From Entomortierella parvispora E1425 (taxonomy: Eukaryota > Fungi > Mortierellomycota), in the NCBI GenBank assembly GCA_020891255.1, contig BQFW01000014.1:186001-250000 (forward strand): a DNA stretch of 64,000 bases, in the 5' to 3' direction. The notes below the pieces were generated by a model that was not told the origin of the DNA, searched no databases, and saw only the letters and a program-made list of their open reading frames with translations. The position numbers and the translations under genes are program-made. Shown piece by piece: positions 28,490 through 41,846 of the stretch. Positions within the stretch are counted from its first letter, which is position 1, and each line of letters begins with the position of its first letter.

Positions 28490-29301
28490 GTTTCAAAAGT
28501 AGTAGTGGTTGTTGAACGAAAGGCGGGTTGTTGAAAGTTGAATGCAGGCTATCCAGAGAGAGGAAGAGTCCTGAAATGAGCAGAGATAGAAAGGCGGTTT
28601 CCTGTCGCAAGTAAAAGATGGCTGCGGCTGGCTGGATGTTGTGATGGACGTGTCCGTTGCTTGGGAGAATAAGAGAGAAATGGTTGATGACCAAAGAGAC
28701 AAAAGACAGCAGGTTGGTAATGTCGCCCACCGACAGGCGAGGCATGCAGGCGCAACGCGCACACGTAACTTGAAGCATCTGCGATCACACTGTCTACCAT
28801 GATGGAATCAATCACGTGTTTATAGGCGAGTTTTTTTCGTTTCGTTTCGTTAATTCTTTTTGGTTTTCGTTGGCTCGTGCGCTCTGCAGGACAATGAAGC
28901 AGAGACAGACGTGTGCAACCAAGAGTAGAGATCGTGTGCGCTGGGGACGTAGGCTTTAACTTGCTACAGTAGACAAGTTCCTTCTTGCTTTCCTCTCTTG
29001 AACGAATCTCTATTGCCATATCCCCACTGGTAGACGAAGAAGGCGACAATCATAGTCTTCAGCCAAAACGAAGGCCAGTGGCCATTCCGTTGACCCCGAA
29101 GCTGTCCCACCGGCCTTTTCATTTATTCGCTTCTTCTCCTACCTTCCGGTTCTCTTCTTTTTTTTTTTTTTTTTTTTTTATCCCTCCCTTTCCTCTTTCC
29201 ATTCTTTCCACACTTTGGCATCCTCCCTTCTCCCTTCATCACCCGACCTGAGCCGTTGACGCTGACTTCCTTCTACACACCTCCTTAGTCTCTCTTGTTC
29301 A

Positions 29302-30628
29302 ATGTCCATGTTTTTTTCAACACTCGAATCCGGATCCCGACCTGTCGGTGTCCCTTTTCCCGAATACTATGATTTCTTTATGGACTGGAAGACTCCTTTT
29401 GCGATCGCCGCTGCCTACTGCCTGTCTGTTGCCATCTTTAACCCCAAAGTCGGCAAAGTCTCTCGAGTGGTAGCTCAATCCACGAACGCAAAGCCAGCGG
29501 AAAAGACTCAATCTGGAGCTGCCATGACAGCCTTTGTGTTTGTTCACAACCTGATCTTGTGTGTCTATTCAGCCGTGACCTTTATCAACATGTTCCCAGC
29601 CATGGTCAGAAACTTTCAGACCCACAGTCTTTTCGACGCCGTAAGTCTCACTTGCCGGGCAGAAAAAAAAGTCTAGGACCTTTTGTAACGCCTCTCTCTT
29701 TCTCTCTTCCGGGGGACATTGGAAAAACATTTCGGTCGTGTGGGCGTACTGGCAACAACATGCAGGGAAAAGATTTAATTGCAACGGAAATGACAAGACA
29801 AAGGGACAGGGGAGGAGACAATCTCTTCTATTCCCATTTCCAGAGGAGCAGAGGAGGAGGGATTGAAGTTCAGCCCACGATTTTATTTTTGCTTGCTTGG
29901 ATTCCTCCGTCACCATTCTGGACGGTGTGAGCGAATGGCAGTTAAGAACGGGCTGCAGACAAGGGTCCCGGCGTTGAGTCTCGACCCTTCAGGATTAGAC
30001 TGCCGGAACTACGGGATCCCAGTATCCGTGACAAGTGGATGGCCGCAGTTGACTGTGTGCTTGCGTCTGCGGAGTAAAGGGCAGGTGTGCATTGAAGTCT
30101 AACACTGATTTTTTCCCTGCTGTATAGTATTGCGACACCGATCACTCTCTCTGGAACAACGCGCTTGGCTATTGGGGCTACATCTTTTACCTCTCCAAGT
30201 TCTACGAGGTTATTGACACAATCATTATCATTCTTAAAGGCCGTCGTTCTTCCCTCCTTCAGACCTACCACCATGCCGGTGCCATGATCACCATGTGGTC
30301 CGGTATCAACTATCAGGCCACCCCTATCTGGATCTTTGTCGTTTTCAATTCCTTCATTCATTCCATAATGTACGCCTACTACGCTGCTACCTCCATCGGT
30401 CTTCACCCTCCAGGCAAGAAGTATTTGACGTCGTTGCAGATCACTCAGTTCTTGGTCGGAATGACGATTGCAGTCTCTTACTTGTTGATCCCGGGCTGTG
30501 TCCAAACCCACGGTGCCCAATTCTCGGTCACGATGAATGTCGCGTACTTGTTCCCACTCACATACTTGTTTGTCGATTTCGCCAAGCGCACGTATTCGAA
30601 GCGCGCGTCTGACAAAAAGAGTCAGTGA
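29302..30628 (+). CDS. ELO-family fatty acid elongase (resembles M. alpina MALCE1/C16-18 elongase), 2 exons
   Basis: Exons 29302-29640 and 30128-30628. Motifs LSKFYEVIDT, QTYHHAG histidine box, NSFIHSIMYAYY, LTSLQITQF. The start codon could be 29302 or 29308. Confidence 0.93.
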
Positions 30629-31222
30629 AAAGGACATGTGGAACAACCATGTCAAAATCAACAAAAAAAATAAAAATATTTCCATGGCCCTTCGTTTTGC
30701 AAGTCGGATACTCAAGGGCCTGATCGCGCCTCATCTTTTTGCAGTGGCGTGCCTTCCGAGATGGGCCGTTTGTTGGTGCGGATCCTAGAGTGATAATCCT
30801 GGTTAGCGAGTGGCAAAAGAGAGGAGGAAGGAAAGGAAGCAAGACATTCGAAACGATGGAAAGATAGAAGCAACGGAAGCACATAGAAAAGAACAAGAAA
30901 AGAAGGAAAGGAAAGGAAGGGAAGCAAGGCCACCAGCGGAAGAAACACGGAAAAGCACGCCATCTGGAGCACCTTGAAGCACGCGATGAACGAAATAGAT
31001 TCTGACTCTGTGATAATGTGATAGGACTGCAATAATCTCACACTTCACAGGCACGCACGCAGCACACGCACGAAACCATTGATCTGTGCCCCTCAATGAT
31101 TCTTCGTGCGGGGGTCGCGCCTTGTTCTTTTCTTCTTTTCCTTTCTCTCGACTTCCCTCTTCTTTTTTTTTTTTTCTCTTTTCTTTTTTCTTCTCCATCA
31201 CTTCCTCATCACCCATCTCATC

Positions 31223-32620
31223 ATGTCCGAGTTCACCACCCGCGTCGTTGGCAGCCCCAACACCCTTGAGCACCGCGTCTTCATCGGTAAGGCCCTCTTG
31301 CTTCTAGCCCCAGAGACCGACGGACGGTCAACACGACCCATCTCTCTTATTCATCCCTTCATCTTGCTAATGCTGCATTTCATCCTCGGTCCATGGTTCC
31401 ATCTTAGAGCGCAACGGTGTCCCCGTCTCCGCCTTCCACGATGTCCCTCTCTACGCTGACAAGGCCAACAACATCTTCAACATGATTGTCGAGATTCCCC
31501 GCTGGTCCAATGCTAAGCTCGAGATCTCCAAGGATGAGGCCTTCAACCCCATCAAGCAGGACGTCAAGAAGGGCAAGCTCCGCTTCGTCCGCAACTGCTT
31601 CCCCCACCACGGATACATCTGGAACTATGGTGCTCTCCCCCAGGTATGCCAGAAGGAACATGTCGTCTGTGAAGGATGACTTTGCAGGAGAAGAGGGGTC
31701 AAGTAGGCTATCGATCGACCTCTGTTGCAAAAGGATCAGGAACAGCAACGCGCGTCAAGGCCCCTTTGTAGCTCTCATTGGACCATTGCTCCTTGGATCC
31801 CGGATGATTTTTTTTCGTGTCGTGTGGAAACATAGCCACATATGTTTCTCTTTTCCCAGAATGGGATGCTAACACTTCACCAATTCTTTGTCTTAGACCT
31901 GGGAGGATCCCACTCAGTCCCACCCCGAGACCAAGGCTCGTGGTGACAACGACCCCTTGGATGTCTGCGAGATCGGTGAGCAGGTTGGATACACTGGCCA
32001 GATCAAGCAGGTCAAGGTCCTCGGTGTCATGGCTCTTTTGGATGAAGGTAATTGATTTTTTTTTTTTTTTTTTTTGGTTCTTCTCACTCTTTCCAGAGGC
32101 ATTGAGAAAACAGCCACAATTACGCCAGAACGATCTTTTCATCATCTTAAGTACTTACACCCTCTTTTGTGATTATCTAGGCGAGACTGACTGGAAGGTC
32201 ATTGTGATCGATGTTAACGATCCCCTTGCCAGCAAGCTCAACGACATTGAGGATGTCGAGCGTCACTTGCCTGGATTCATCCGTGCCACCAACGAGTGGT
32301 TCCGCATCTACAAGATCCCCGATGGCAAGCCCGAGAACCAGTTTGCCTTCTCTGGCGAGGCCAAGAACAAGAAGTACGCCACTGAGATCATCAAGGAGAC
32401 CCACGAGGCTTGGGAGCGTTTGATCAAGGGTGACGTCCCCGCCAAGGCCGAGGCCTACGATATCAAGGTCAGCAACGTCTCTGTCGAGGGCAGCCCTTAC
32501 AAGGTCACTGCTGAGGACGACGTCGTCAAGTCCCTCCCCTCTGCCGCCCCCAAGACCGCTGCCCCCATCGACCCCTCCGTCGACAAGTGGTTCTTCATCT
32601 CCGGTACAAGCAACTTGTAA
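31223..32620 (+). CDS. IPP1: Inorganic pyrophosphatase
   Basis: [66 protein letters not shown]; spliced. Confidence 0.96.
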
Positions 32621-32733
32621 ATAATCTCATCTCACTACATTTTTATAACTTTTGAAATAAATTCACCAAAAAGAAACAAAAAAAAAAAACCTCGGTCGTA
32701 GGATGGGCAATGAAACAACAGATGTGAATATAT

Positions 32734-34224
32734 TTATTGAGCGGGGGCAGCACCATTGGCACCGGGCTGTTGGACGGCAGCCATGCCAAAACGAGTGACG
32801 GCACCCTGAAGAAGAGTATAAGCCTGGACGACCTTAGGAGGGATCTTTGGGTTTCCGGTAGGAGGCAAGATTAGAGCATCAAGACGAGCACGGATCAAAG
32901 CAAAGGCGGAGCGCGTGTGGGTGTTGAAGAAGTAGCGGAATCGCAAAAAGTTGGCATAGACGATAGGCGACAAGAACGAAGACTGGAAGGTGATGGCGCC
33001 CAAGATCAAGGAGCCCATGACGCCAATGACCTCGATGATAGCGACCAGAGCCATAGCGGGCCCATGGTTCTTCTCGGTCCAGGTTTGGATCTGACGAGCG
33101 ATTCCTGCACTGGCATTTCCGGGCATGAAGGCAGGCAAGAGGTTGGTCCTGGTGTAGTTGAGAGCGTTGAAGAAGGCAAAGACCACGTAGGGGATCAATG
33201 GAGCTACAGGCAAAAGGAACAGAAAAGATCAACGATGTGGTTAGAACACATGGATACCCAACAATGAACACGACGGAATTGATGATCCCTTGTTTTCTCC
33301 CCCCTACTTACCGAGCATGGGGGTTGATCTCCACCAAAAGATGGCCATCAAGAAGTATTGAACATTTTCCTCGACAATAACGCTCTGCAAGAACTGGGCG
33401 TCAAACTTGAACTCGGGGAAGGACTTGTAGACAACGACACCATAGCTGATCAAAGCTCCCACGAATGCACGCGTGTACCAGTGTGCTCCGGCCTTGTAGT
33501 TGAATGTGAGCCAGTAAGGCAAGTACATGGCTGTGCAGAACAGCAGGATGACATGACCGAGCCACCATACGAATTGAGGGCCCTATTTTTTTTTGTTCAT
33601 AATCAAGGATGTCAGTATTTTTAGCAACAAAAAAAAAAAAAAATGTCATGGATACTCCATTTGGACCAGGGTTTGCATTGGAGCAGAGCCACTGAGCGCA
33701 TTGTTACGCAACAGCCCTTCCCTCCCGTTTCATGACTCGCATTGACGTCCAGTATCTCCAAAGGGGTTCATTTCACCCACGGCCTTTTCTCGCACTCTCT
33801 CGTACACATACACACTCATAGAGTCCTGTTGTATGAGGTAGATGCCATTCCCTGATGAATGGCTCTCTGGTCCAGTTCTGAATCTTTCTCGCCTTTCCAT
33901 ATGCATTCCATTGTGCTCCCATGCTCCCATTTCCGTTGTGGGTTAAAATAAACCTTGATCAGTTTCATGGTCTCATCTTCCTGATGAGGATTATCTCAAC
34001 GTCCCATGCACAAAGAATGTCCTCCATTGTTTTCAACCGCCTTCTCGTCCTGCTCTTCCACTGAAAGTCCTGGTCCGTGTAGTGTAGAAACCCGGTCCTA
34101 ACTGAAAGAAGCGACCGTGTGTAAAAAAAAAAGAGAGGCTGGAAAGTAAAAGACCTCATCTTTTTACCTTGATCAGGGTCAGTAGGGTGTTTGCGGGTTT
34201 AGGGGTAGTTGCAGCAGCGGGCAT
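32734..34224 (-). CDS. TMEM33/Pom33/Per33 family ER/nuclear-envelope membrane protein
   Basis: Exon 1 34224-34168 (MPAAATTPKPANTLLTLIK) is spliced in phase 0 to GPQFVWWLGHV. Family motifs EENVQYFLMAIFWW, IVYANFLRFRY and an amphipathic C-terminus. Confidence 0.88.
33663..34076 (-). ncRNA. Candidate structured RNA inside POM33 intron 1 (identity unknown)
   Basis: Nested inverted repeats: 8-bp terminal helix 33663-33670/34069-34076, 33681-33686/34050-34055, 33904-33916/34008-34019 and 33934-33938/33997-34001, plus hairpins at 33815-33837, 33844-33863 and 33972-33988. I recognised no diagnostic boxes. Confidence 0.3.
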
Positions 34225-34488
34225 GATGAAAAAAAAAAAGACAATAAAAAAATGAAGAGAGGAGAGGTAGAGAACAAAAGAAGAAGAGAGAGGGAGAGAG
34301 AAGAGAAGGAAAAGAGCAGAATCGAAAATGAAGCAAAGCTGCCTGAAAGAAATTTCGACCCTTCCAGACGTGTCTCAGCTGAGTCTGCGCGTGTCAATTG
34401 TGCGTGGATATTTCGATCGGCCGACCTGCCGTCCGTTGTGATTTATTTGCATGTTCATTGTTCAGACATCTCTCGACCTTCTTTTTAT

Positions 34489-35873
34489 CTAGCAAACAAA
34501 TCCATCCAATTGCTCCACGATGACCTCGGGGTGGGTCATTACAATGCTGTGCGTGGCGTCTTGCACTTTTGTAATCTTGATGCGAGGGATGAGCTCTTCC
34601 AGTGCCACTACTGTCGATCCAGGCACCACGGTATCCTTGGTTCCCTGTTAGTTCGGCAAGAGGATACCAAAGAGTGAGCAGCTGTGTTACTATTCTGGCA
34701 GATTCAATGCGCTGCCTTTTTCAAATCTCTTACCCAAATGACTTGAACGGGGTATTTTTGGTCCTGACTGGACGCGTAGATGTGTCGCATATCGGTCAAG
34801 GGAAACTTTCTCAAGGTCGACATCAAGCCACGGGCATAGCCAGCATGGTGTTTGTACTGGAGAGCCAAAATCTCGGCCGCTGCATCAATGGCCTCTGGCA
34901 CCTTTCCACCGGGTGCGTCCTTGAACTCTGCACGCATGGACTCGATGTTCTTGCCCGAAAAGTAAGTCTTGATTCTCGGATGCGAAAAGATCTCTTCGCT
35001 GTAAGGCAACAAAAAGATCTTGCCCACCCAAGGAATCTCGGATGGCAACAGCAATCCTCCTGGAGCAATAAATGTCAAAGACTGAACCGACTCTGGGAAC
35101 TGATGAGCATAGCTGGCCAAGATGCCTCCACCCAAGGAGAGTCCGACGAAATTGCACTGTTTCCAACCCACAAACTTCAGCAGTTCGTGCAATTGGGTGA
35201 CATAGAGAAGAGGGTCATGATCCACAGGTGGTCCAACAGAGTATCCACGGGAGTAAAGATCTATGAAGACAATTGTAAACGACAAATGGTTAGGCCCAAG
35301 AAAATGAAGATATTGTCGCCTAAAAAGTAGTCGTCTCCTTTTTTACCATAGAGAATCACTCTGCAACCATTTTTGGCCATTGTGCGCGCGACTTTGTCGT
35401 AGACTGATGTGGGTGTCGACAGACCGTGAACAAAGACCACCTAGAAGAAGAAGAGAGGCCACCGTCAGTGTCGGAGCTGGGTCCATTTTGAGCGTTTCTA
35501 TCTACCTTTGATCAATCTTCTTACCTTCTTGCCATCCTCGGGACCAAACATGAAGTAGTGGGTATCTCCAAAGGATAATGGTGCATACACTCCACCTGCA
35601 CGAAGACGTCGTTTCTAGATTAATTCATTTGTTTCGAGCACCGAGAAGGCGAGAAAGGACAGAGAAGGCGAGAAAGGACAGCGAAGGCTCACCTGGGTAG
35701 TAATTCTCTGGATAAGCGCTTTTTTCGGTGATGGAAGAGTCGACAGCCCGGAGACTGGGCAAGGTAACGCCCCTGTTGGCGGTCACTGACTTGAGCGCCT
35801 TCTTTACCCCGAGTGCCGCCAACAAAGCGGACACGCCAACGGCAGCGGTGACAATCGATGCAGAGGCAGCCAT
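34489..35873 (-). CDS. Alpha/beta hydrolase with N-terminal membrane anchor, 5 exons
   Basis: VVFVHGL, DLYSRGYS, nucleophile elbow GLSLGG, acid GTKD and His ATHS; exons in phase. Confidence 0.85.
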
Positions 35874-36256
35874 GGGTGGAATGCCAAGGAAAAGGATGTA
35901 GATGTGATGGAGCGGAGATGGGAATGGAGAATGAGGACAATGATGAGGTTTGATTAGGGAAGAAGGCGGAGGAAAGGAATCAACGGAAAGGGTTTTATGA
36001 GAACAGCCGTGATCCGGGCCGTGTGTCTGTGCCGGTCTGTGCCCTATCTGACCAAGAGTAGCAATTGGACATCTGCAGATGATCGAAATTGCCTCTCTCT
36101 CTCTCTGTCCTTCTCTCTTTCGTCCAGGCTTTGCTCTTCATCCTTCCTTCCTCTTCTCCACAAGCACGTCAGCACAGCAGACAGACAGACGTGGCCCGGC
36201 TCGTAGGCATCTGATCCGAGAAGAAATATGATCGACTCGTCTTTATTGGACGACGT

Positions 36257-36694
36257 TCAAAAGTTATTCTGGCTCAGTCTATGCCTCGTCGAGTTGTATG
36301 TGCTACTCTGCGCCGTCGTCTCCTTGTAGCCTGGGGGGAGCATCATCGTCGGTGCAGGACCAGATGCCGTGGGAGAAAGTGGGGAGCCTTGCTGATAGTA
36401 GCCACTGTTCTGAAGCCTCTGACTCAGCTCGAGACTCTGCATGAATCGGCGTTTTTCTTCAATGAGATCAAAGACCCCGCGCGCGAGTGCTTTCCGGTAC
36501 GCGAGTAGGTTGGGTCCATTGTTCTGCGATAGCATGTACATGGAGAGGACGAGTGGGTGGGCACTGATGGACAGATGGCCGTTGAGCTGACTCTCCTTGA
36601 GTGCGCGAGTCTCAATCAGTGCAGAGTTTAGGGCGTAAATCTGTTCATCGAGCTCGTCAATGGCGAGCGATACGGATGGCGTGGGTCTGTTCAT
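36257..36694 (-). CDS. Small orphan helical protein, family member P1 (145 aa)
   Basis: Intronless ORF from ATG 36694; clear paralogy to ORFs at 37172-37540 and 41847-42152 (QI..L..AL, HPLVL..Y, AY.KAL, L.EE+R+F..SLE). Confidence 0.75.
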   Translation of the reverse strand: MNRPTPSVSLAIDELDEQIYALNSALIETRALKESQLNGHLSISAHPLVLSMYMLSQNNGPNLLAYRKALARGVFDLIEEKRRFMQSLELSQRLQNSGYYQQGSPLSPTASGPAPTMMLPPGYKETTAQSSTYNSTRHRLSQNNF

Positions 36695-37171
36695 GGTTTT
36701 CGAGTCTGCTGTGATCTTTTGAGTGCGGTTTTCCTGCTGGTAATGACCGTGGATCACGAATGGCGGTGGTCCTGTAGATGTTGAAAGGAGGGGGAAAGTG
36801 TGGAAGAAGAGAAGAGAGAAGGGCCAGGGGCGAGGGCGTGAGCGTCGGTTTTATTGTTGATAGAACGATGGAACGTAACGAACGAAAGGAAGGCGAGACT
36901 TGCCGTGAGCACTTTTGCCGGTACAACCCTTTTCGACCCTGATGCAAAGGGACAATGAGACAATGATGACTAAAAACTCGCTCTAGTCAAGGTAATAAAA
37001 CGCGCATTGCATGCATGTTAATCCATATACCCATCTCTTCTGTTGCCATTTGCAATTTGGAGGTAGAACTGGCACAAGGAGGAAATAGCGCCACCAATTT
37101 TCATTGTGTTCTGCATGTCATTTCAAGGCATGCTGCATGGCATCCCTGTCCTGGGAGAGAGGTTCTATTGT

Positions 37172-37540
37172 TCACTCTTTGAGGTATATTGGACTATCAG
37201 CTGCAGGGTATCCTGGGACAGATGAGGGGTGTTGCTGGAAAGAGGCAAGACGCGCCAATTGGCCCACAGGCATCTCGAGACTCTGAGTAAACTTGCGCCT
37301 CTCCTGAAAGAGACTCTGGATCTCTTCTGCCAGAGCCTTTTGATAGGCACGCAGGCTGTGGGTTTGAGAGATTGAGTGCATGTAAATCGCGAGGACGAGC
37401 GGGTGAGAGTTGTTGTTCACACAGGCAGAGAGTTCCTGCTGCTTGATGGTCCGGGTGTCGATGAGGGCCCGGGTCAAGAGGTCGATCTGCAGGTTCAGCT
37501 CGCCCATGGCAGCCGAGTAGGGCAGCTCTACTTTGGTCAT
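37172..37540 (-). CDS. Small orphan helical protein, family member P2 (122 aa)
   Basis: Tandem paralog of P1; the shared motifs align without gaps over about 90 aa. Confidence 0.75.
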   Translation of the reverse strand: MTKVELPYSAAMGELNLQIDLLTRALIDTRTIKQQELSACVNNNSHPLVLAIYMHSISQTHSLRAYQKALAEEIQSLFQERRKFTQSLEMPVGQLARLASFQQHPSSVPGYPAADSPIYLKE

Positions 37541-38065
37541 CCCTGTTCAATAAATGACGGGTCTCTGCGGTGTGTCGATGGTGTACTGTACTGTACTTGT
37601 CGTTTCGAGGATGGGGGAAGAGAGAGAGAAAGGAAATTAATTGCCGCGAGCCCGTCTGCTGGACATGGACATGGACCTGTGCTGTCCTGTCCTGCCCAAT
37701 GGGGGGCCACGCCAATCAAGCGTAACAAAGAACGCGTATATTATTTTGGGGGTAGGCTTTGATGTGCCCTTTCGCGTGAGCGTGAGCGGCGGAGGGGCTG
37801 CGCCAAGACCTCGAGGAGGCAGTAAAGCTGCGGTGTGCCTGTCTCTCCCACCAACAGAGCAAAGGGAGGAGAGAGCACGCACACAGCCCCAGTGGACGGA
37901 CAATCATGACGATGTTTTATTTATACGCGCAGTCAGCATGCCTGCAACAGGGCGTGTTGCATGGGTGCGATGTAGGTGCCTGTAGGTGTCTCTGTGTGTG
38001 TGGGTAGGATGGGACATGGGCAAAAGGGAATAGAGAGACAACAAAGGAAAATGAGTCGCCACATT

Positions 38066-38088
38066 CACACACACACACACACACACAC
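38066..38088. repeat. (CA)n microsatellite
   Basis: Direct dinucleotide run in the divergent intergenic region. Confidence 0.9.
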
Positions 38089-38331
38089 GCTTCACTCCAC
38101 TCCACTCGTTCCTCTTCTCCACTCTACTCGTTCCTCCTCTCTTCTCCACTTTCTTTCTTTCACTTGCTCATTCCTCTTTGCCCATTCCTCTTTGCTTCCC
38201 ACTCATCACCGTCTCGGCCTCATTCGTTCTCTCTGATCTCTGCCTTGTTGAACCCATCGCTCCCATCGCTCCCCTTTCTCCCCTCTCTCTTCCCACAAAA
38301 GCACCGCTCGACCAGAAAGACACAGCACAGC

Positions 38332-41300
38332 ATGGCTGCGTTGAGAGCGATGCTCCAGCTTCGCCCTGGACCCACGACGGAGAACATCAACCAGTCAAAC
38401 TCACTCCTCAGCGCCCTTTCCACAGTCTCCTCTGCTTCCACCTCCACCTCCACATCCCCAACCCACAACACCGCAAGACAGCTCCAGGCTGCTGCAGTGA
38501 TCGCAAGCAAGCGACCTGTTGCACAGAGTAGGAACCTAGGACTGCACTCTGGGGCGGCCTCTGGTAACCTTGGTAAGTTCCTCTGCCAACACAAACTGCA
38601 GCTGTTCATCTTTTATCCTAAAAGCCAAGGACAAGGGCAGATGATCCCCATGTCGAGTTCAGCAATGTTTTGTTCATTTCCCAGGGGTGGGGATGACAAA
38701 AGTGGGCACACAGGAGTTTGAACAAGATATCCCCGAGCAGAACGAGGTTCTCGCTCCCCTTGCTAGCGATGAGAACAGTGCCTTCACCCCCCTTTTCATG
38801 CGTCGGGAGCACAGGAATAGGCATTCACCCCTTCAAGAATCTGTGCAGTTTTGTGCACCCTGTTTTTTCCATTTTTCTGGATCGGGCAAAGCACAGGAAG
38901 GCACGGGCACCAGTGGCAACCCAGGAGGGCAGAAGCACGAGAAACACGCTTGAAGACGGGCCACTATGACTGACTCATTCTGATCCGCCCTGGAGATCTC
39001 AGCGCGCAAAGAAAAGAAGAAAAAAGGAACGGGACAGCTCGCCACTGTGTTGTCATCATCTCAATCTCTCCCCCACCCCACAACCACCCAGGATCCCTTT
39101 TCTTTTCATCCCAACATGCAAAATTCTCCGTCGACCTCACGTCGATCTTTGATCTCATTCTTTCCCTCTCCTTGCATTGGATCATGAACCCAGTTTGTCA
39201 AGCAACTAATATCCTTTTGTTTTGTGATGGGGACTAGGCTTGGTCAAATTTGCCCTCGACAATGGACAGCCGATCGACTCTGTGTTCAACGGCGTACTGG
39301 CTATCCATGCTGCTTGCTGCTGCAACTCAAACTTGCCAGTGGTTTTGTTCCTTATCGAACGAGGCGCGGATGTAAACTCGAGAAGATACCCCAGGAAATA
39401 CAGCGGCGAGCGGGCCGTGGGCGCGTAAGTGTTTTTTTTTTTTAGAAACTTGTGGAATCATCGATGGACAACGTGTGAACTTTCGACTCTGTCCCTGTGT
39501 GACCAAAAATCGTCCCGCTCAGGAAGGGGAGGAAGCTTAGGCGCGCTGGACAACAGACAAGGCAGAGCAGATCGCGCCCATGCTCGGGAAGACACGTCAA
39601 CAGGCGCAGGATTATGCAAAAACAAGGCATGGTTCGCAGGGCCTGACCGCCATGCGATCATTTGTTTGTTTTTTTGTTGTGGCTTCCACCATGACTGGAG
39701 AATTTTTTTGCCTTCGGGAAAGAACAGAAGCAGGCGCGCTGCGCGTGCGCAAGACCGTAATCCAGAGATCCATCTCCATGCGGAATCTTTGTCTGCTTAC
39801 TAACATCTTGATTTTTCATTTCTGTCATAGTCAAACAGTAGGGACAACAGGATCAACCCCTCTTCACTTTGCAGCAGCGAATGGTTGTCTTCCGATTGTT
39901 GAGATCCTTCTGCGACATGGCGCTATTGCAGATTTGACAGACAAGGCAAGTTGCTCCTCTTCTCTTTTTGTTATGGAAACATCCGTCATGATCTTGTTAT
40001 GTAATGCTGACATCCTCGTCGAGGGCTAACACGTGCCACGTGTCCATTCCATTCCTCGCAGTACGGATCAACCCCCTCGTCCGTAGCGATAGCCAGGAAC
40101 CATCCCGAGGTGGCCAGTCTTTTATACCAGCATGCATGCATGCAGCGAGGAGTACAGGCAATCATTCCCGACACATGCATGCAGACAGATTCACGGGAAC
40201 TGGATCCTTTCACGAGTCCGCGGAGCAGTGTCGATTTCGGTCGAAGACTGTTCCCAGTGGCTTCACGCTTGCTATCTAGCCCCGCCAAGGATATCTCCTC
40301 ACGGACAGTGCCACAGCCCGCTCATATCATCGCAGCCACGCCATCTAAAACCATGGGACCGCCTTCAGTAAATCAACAATTGAGGGCAATGAACCACCGA
40401 CGCGTCAGTCTGCCCTCCATTATCGAGTCGCCTTCCTCTCCTACAGTGTCGACAGTAGCGCGTCAATCATGCGACCTTGGAAGAATACCATTGTCCGCTG
40501 AGCCTCTTCATGCTCGGTCAGGATCTGCAGATGCAAGACTTCCCAGTCCCGTGCCTTCAATGAGATCGCCTCCAAAAGGTGCCTCCAATAGTTACCATCC
40601 ACCAACTGGAAGAACTCTTGCACGACTGGAGGCCCCAACCAACAATTCCCGACGCCGGTCAATCGATGTTTCTGCATCAGCTACTCTCCTTTCGCCAAAG
40701 ATTGCTACATCAGTCAATAGGAGACGATCACTCGACCAGCTCTCGGGACAAAAGAAGACAACAGGGCTAAAGGCGAGGCGGCAGTCCAACGCGTCCAATG
40801 CCGAGACTGTTGTCTCGTCTGGTCAGTCTTCGTGTTCAACCCTTGTGACTCCACTGACCATGATGAATGGAAACGACAGCAAAACTCTATTGGACAATGG
40901 TGGTGTGTCATCCGATTCAATGACACCTTCTTCTACCTCCATTCTTGGCAATGGCGATGCCATGGCTTCTCCTTCTTCTTCTCCGATGCAGCCACCAGCG
41001 ATGGGCGAACACGCGTCCAAGCGTCGAGTCATTTCGGCTTCTGAACCTGGAGGATCGCTGGTGGTGCAAGCCCGTGAGCGACAAACTTTAACCACGGCGG
41101 TAGAGGATATCGCGTTGGATTTGATTGAGACTGAGAAGAAGTATCGTCGTCGAAGCATGCAGGATGCGCTTTGGCGAAGCAGCAGTGGGAGCGGCAACCA
41201 CAACAACAATAACAGCAGCAGCAACAGTAGGATCACTGCAAAGTTGACGACATCCTCTTCAGTCTCGTCTCTGATGCAGGATTCCACCGCGGAGGGACGT

Positions 41301-41641
41301 GTGTCCTCGGGCAAACAGCACCGAAAATCGGGCTCAAGCTTTTCAGGCAGTGCGACCATCTCTGGCCGATTCTCACGGTTTTGGTCAAGTGCACTGGCCA
41401 GTGGGGCGTTAGATGACAAGTTGAAGAAGGACCAAGACGAGGATCTTTTTGTGAGCCAGCTGCAGAGGAGCTTTCACTCTTACCACAATCAGCTTGCTGC
41501 ACACAGTAGCTCTATCAAGACAGAAGCCAAGTGGATGACTTCAAGTGACATGAGCGGGGATGGACAAGATACCATTGGCCGCTCAAAGTCGGCTGCTCGT
41601 GCTGGAGTCATGAACCGCCTTGCAGGCATCTGGTCTCGTCG

Positions 41642-41645
<4 letters not shown>
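38332..41645 (+). CDS. Ankyrin-repeat protein with long Ser-rich disordered C-terminus, 4 exons
   Basis: GLHSGAASGNL/GLVKFALDNG, IHAACC...LIERGADVN, GSTPLHFAAANGCLPIVEILLRHGA, DK/YGSTP; third intron 39946-40061 is GC-AG. Confidence 0.88.

Positions 41646-41673
<28 letters not shown>
41644..41673 (+). repeat. Poly(A) run of 30 nt starting in the ankyrin gene stop codon
   Basis: Seen directly; shorter A/T runs are common throughout the window. Confidence 0.9.
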
Positions 41674-41675
<2 letters not shown>

Positions 41676-41846
41676 AAGAAAAAGGATTGTTCTCCAACTT
41701 CATTGTAAATAAAAAGAAAAAGAAGCGTCAGGACTTCCTTCTTTCCTTCTTTTCTTCTCTTTTTTGGACAAAAGGTCGATCCTCCCCACGTCTTGTCTGG
41801 CCTTTACTTATCACACAGCACAACACCACCACCCATCCCAAACCTC

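Noticed and set aside
33851-33990. Two CTGATGA motifs on the + strand as a hammerhead core or C/D box C
   Set aside because: No properly placed GAAA or helix for a hammerhead. They are antisense to the host intron, lack the purine of RTGATGA, and I recognised no rRNA guide.
34061-34076. GAAAGTCC as an RNase MRP/P CR-I motif
   Set aside because: No matching CR-V (GGGCTNA-like) at a suitable distance downstream.
41644-41673. 30-nt poly(A) as the tail of a retro-insertion
   Set aside because: It begins in the stop codon of a spliced gene, no target-site duplication is visible, and long A/T runs are frequent in this window.
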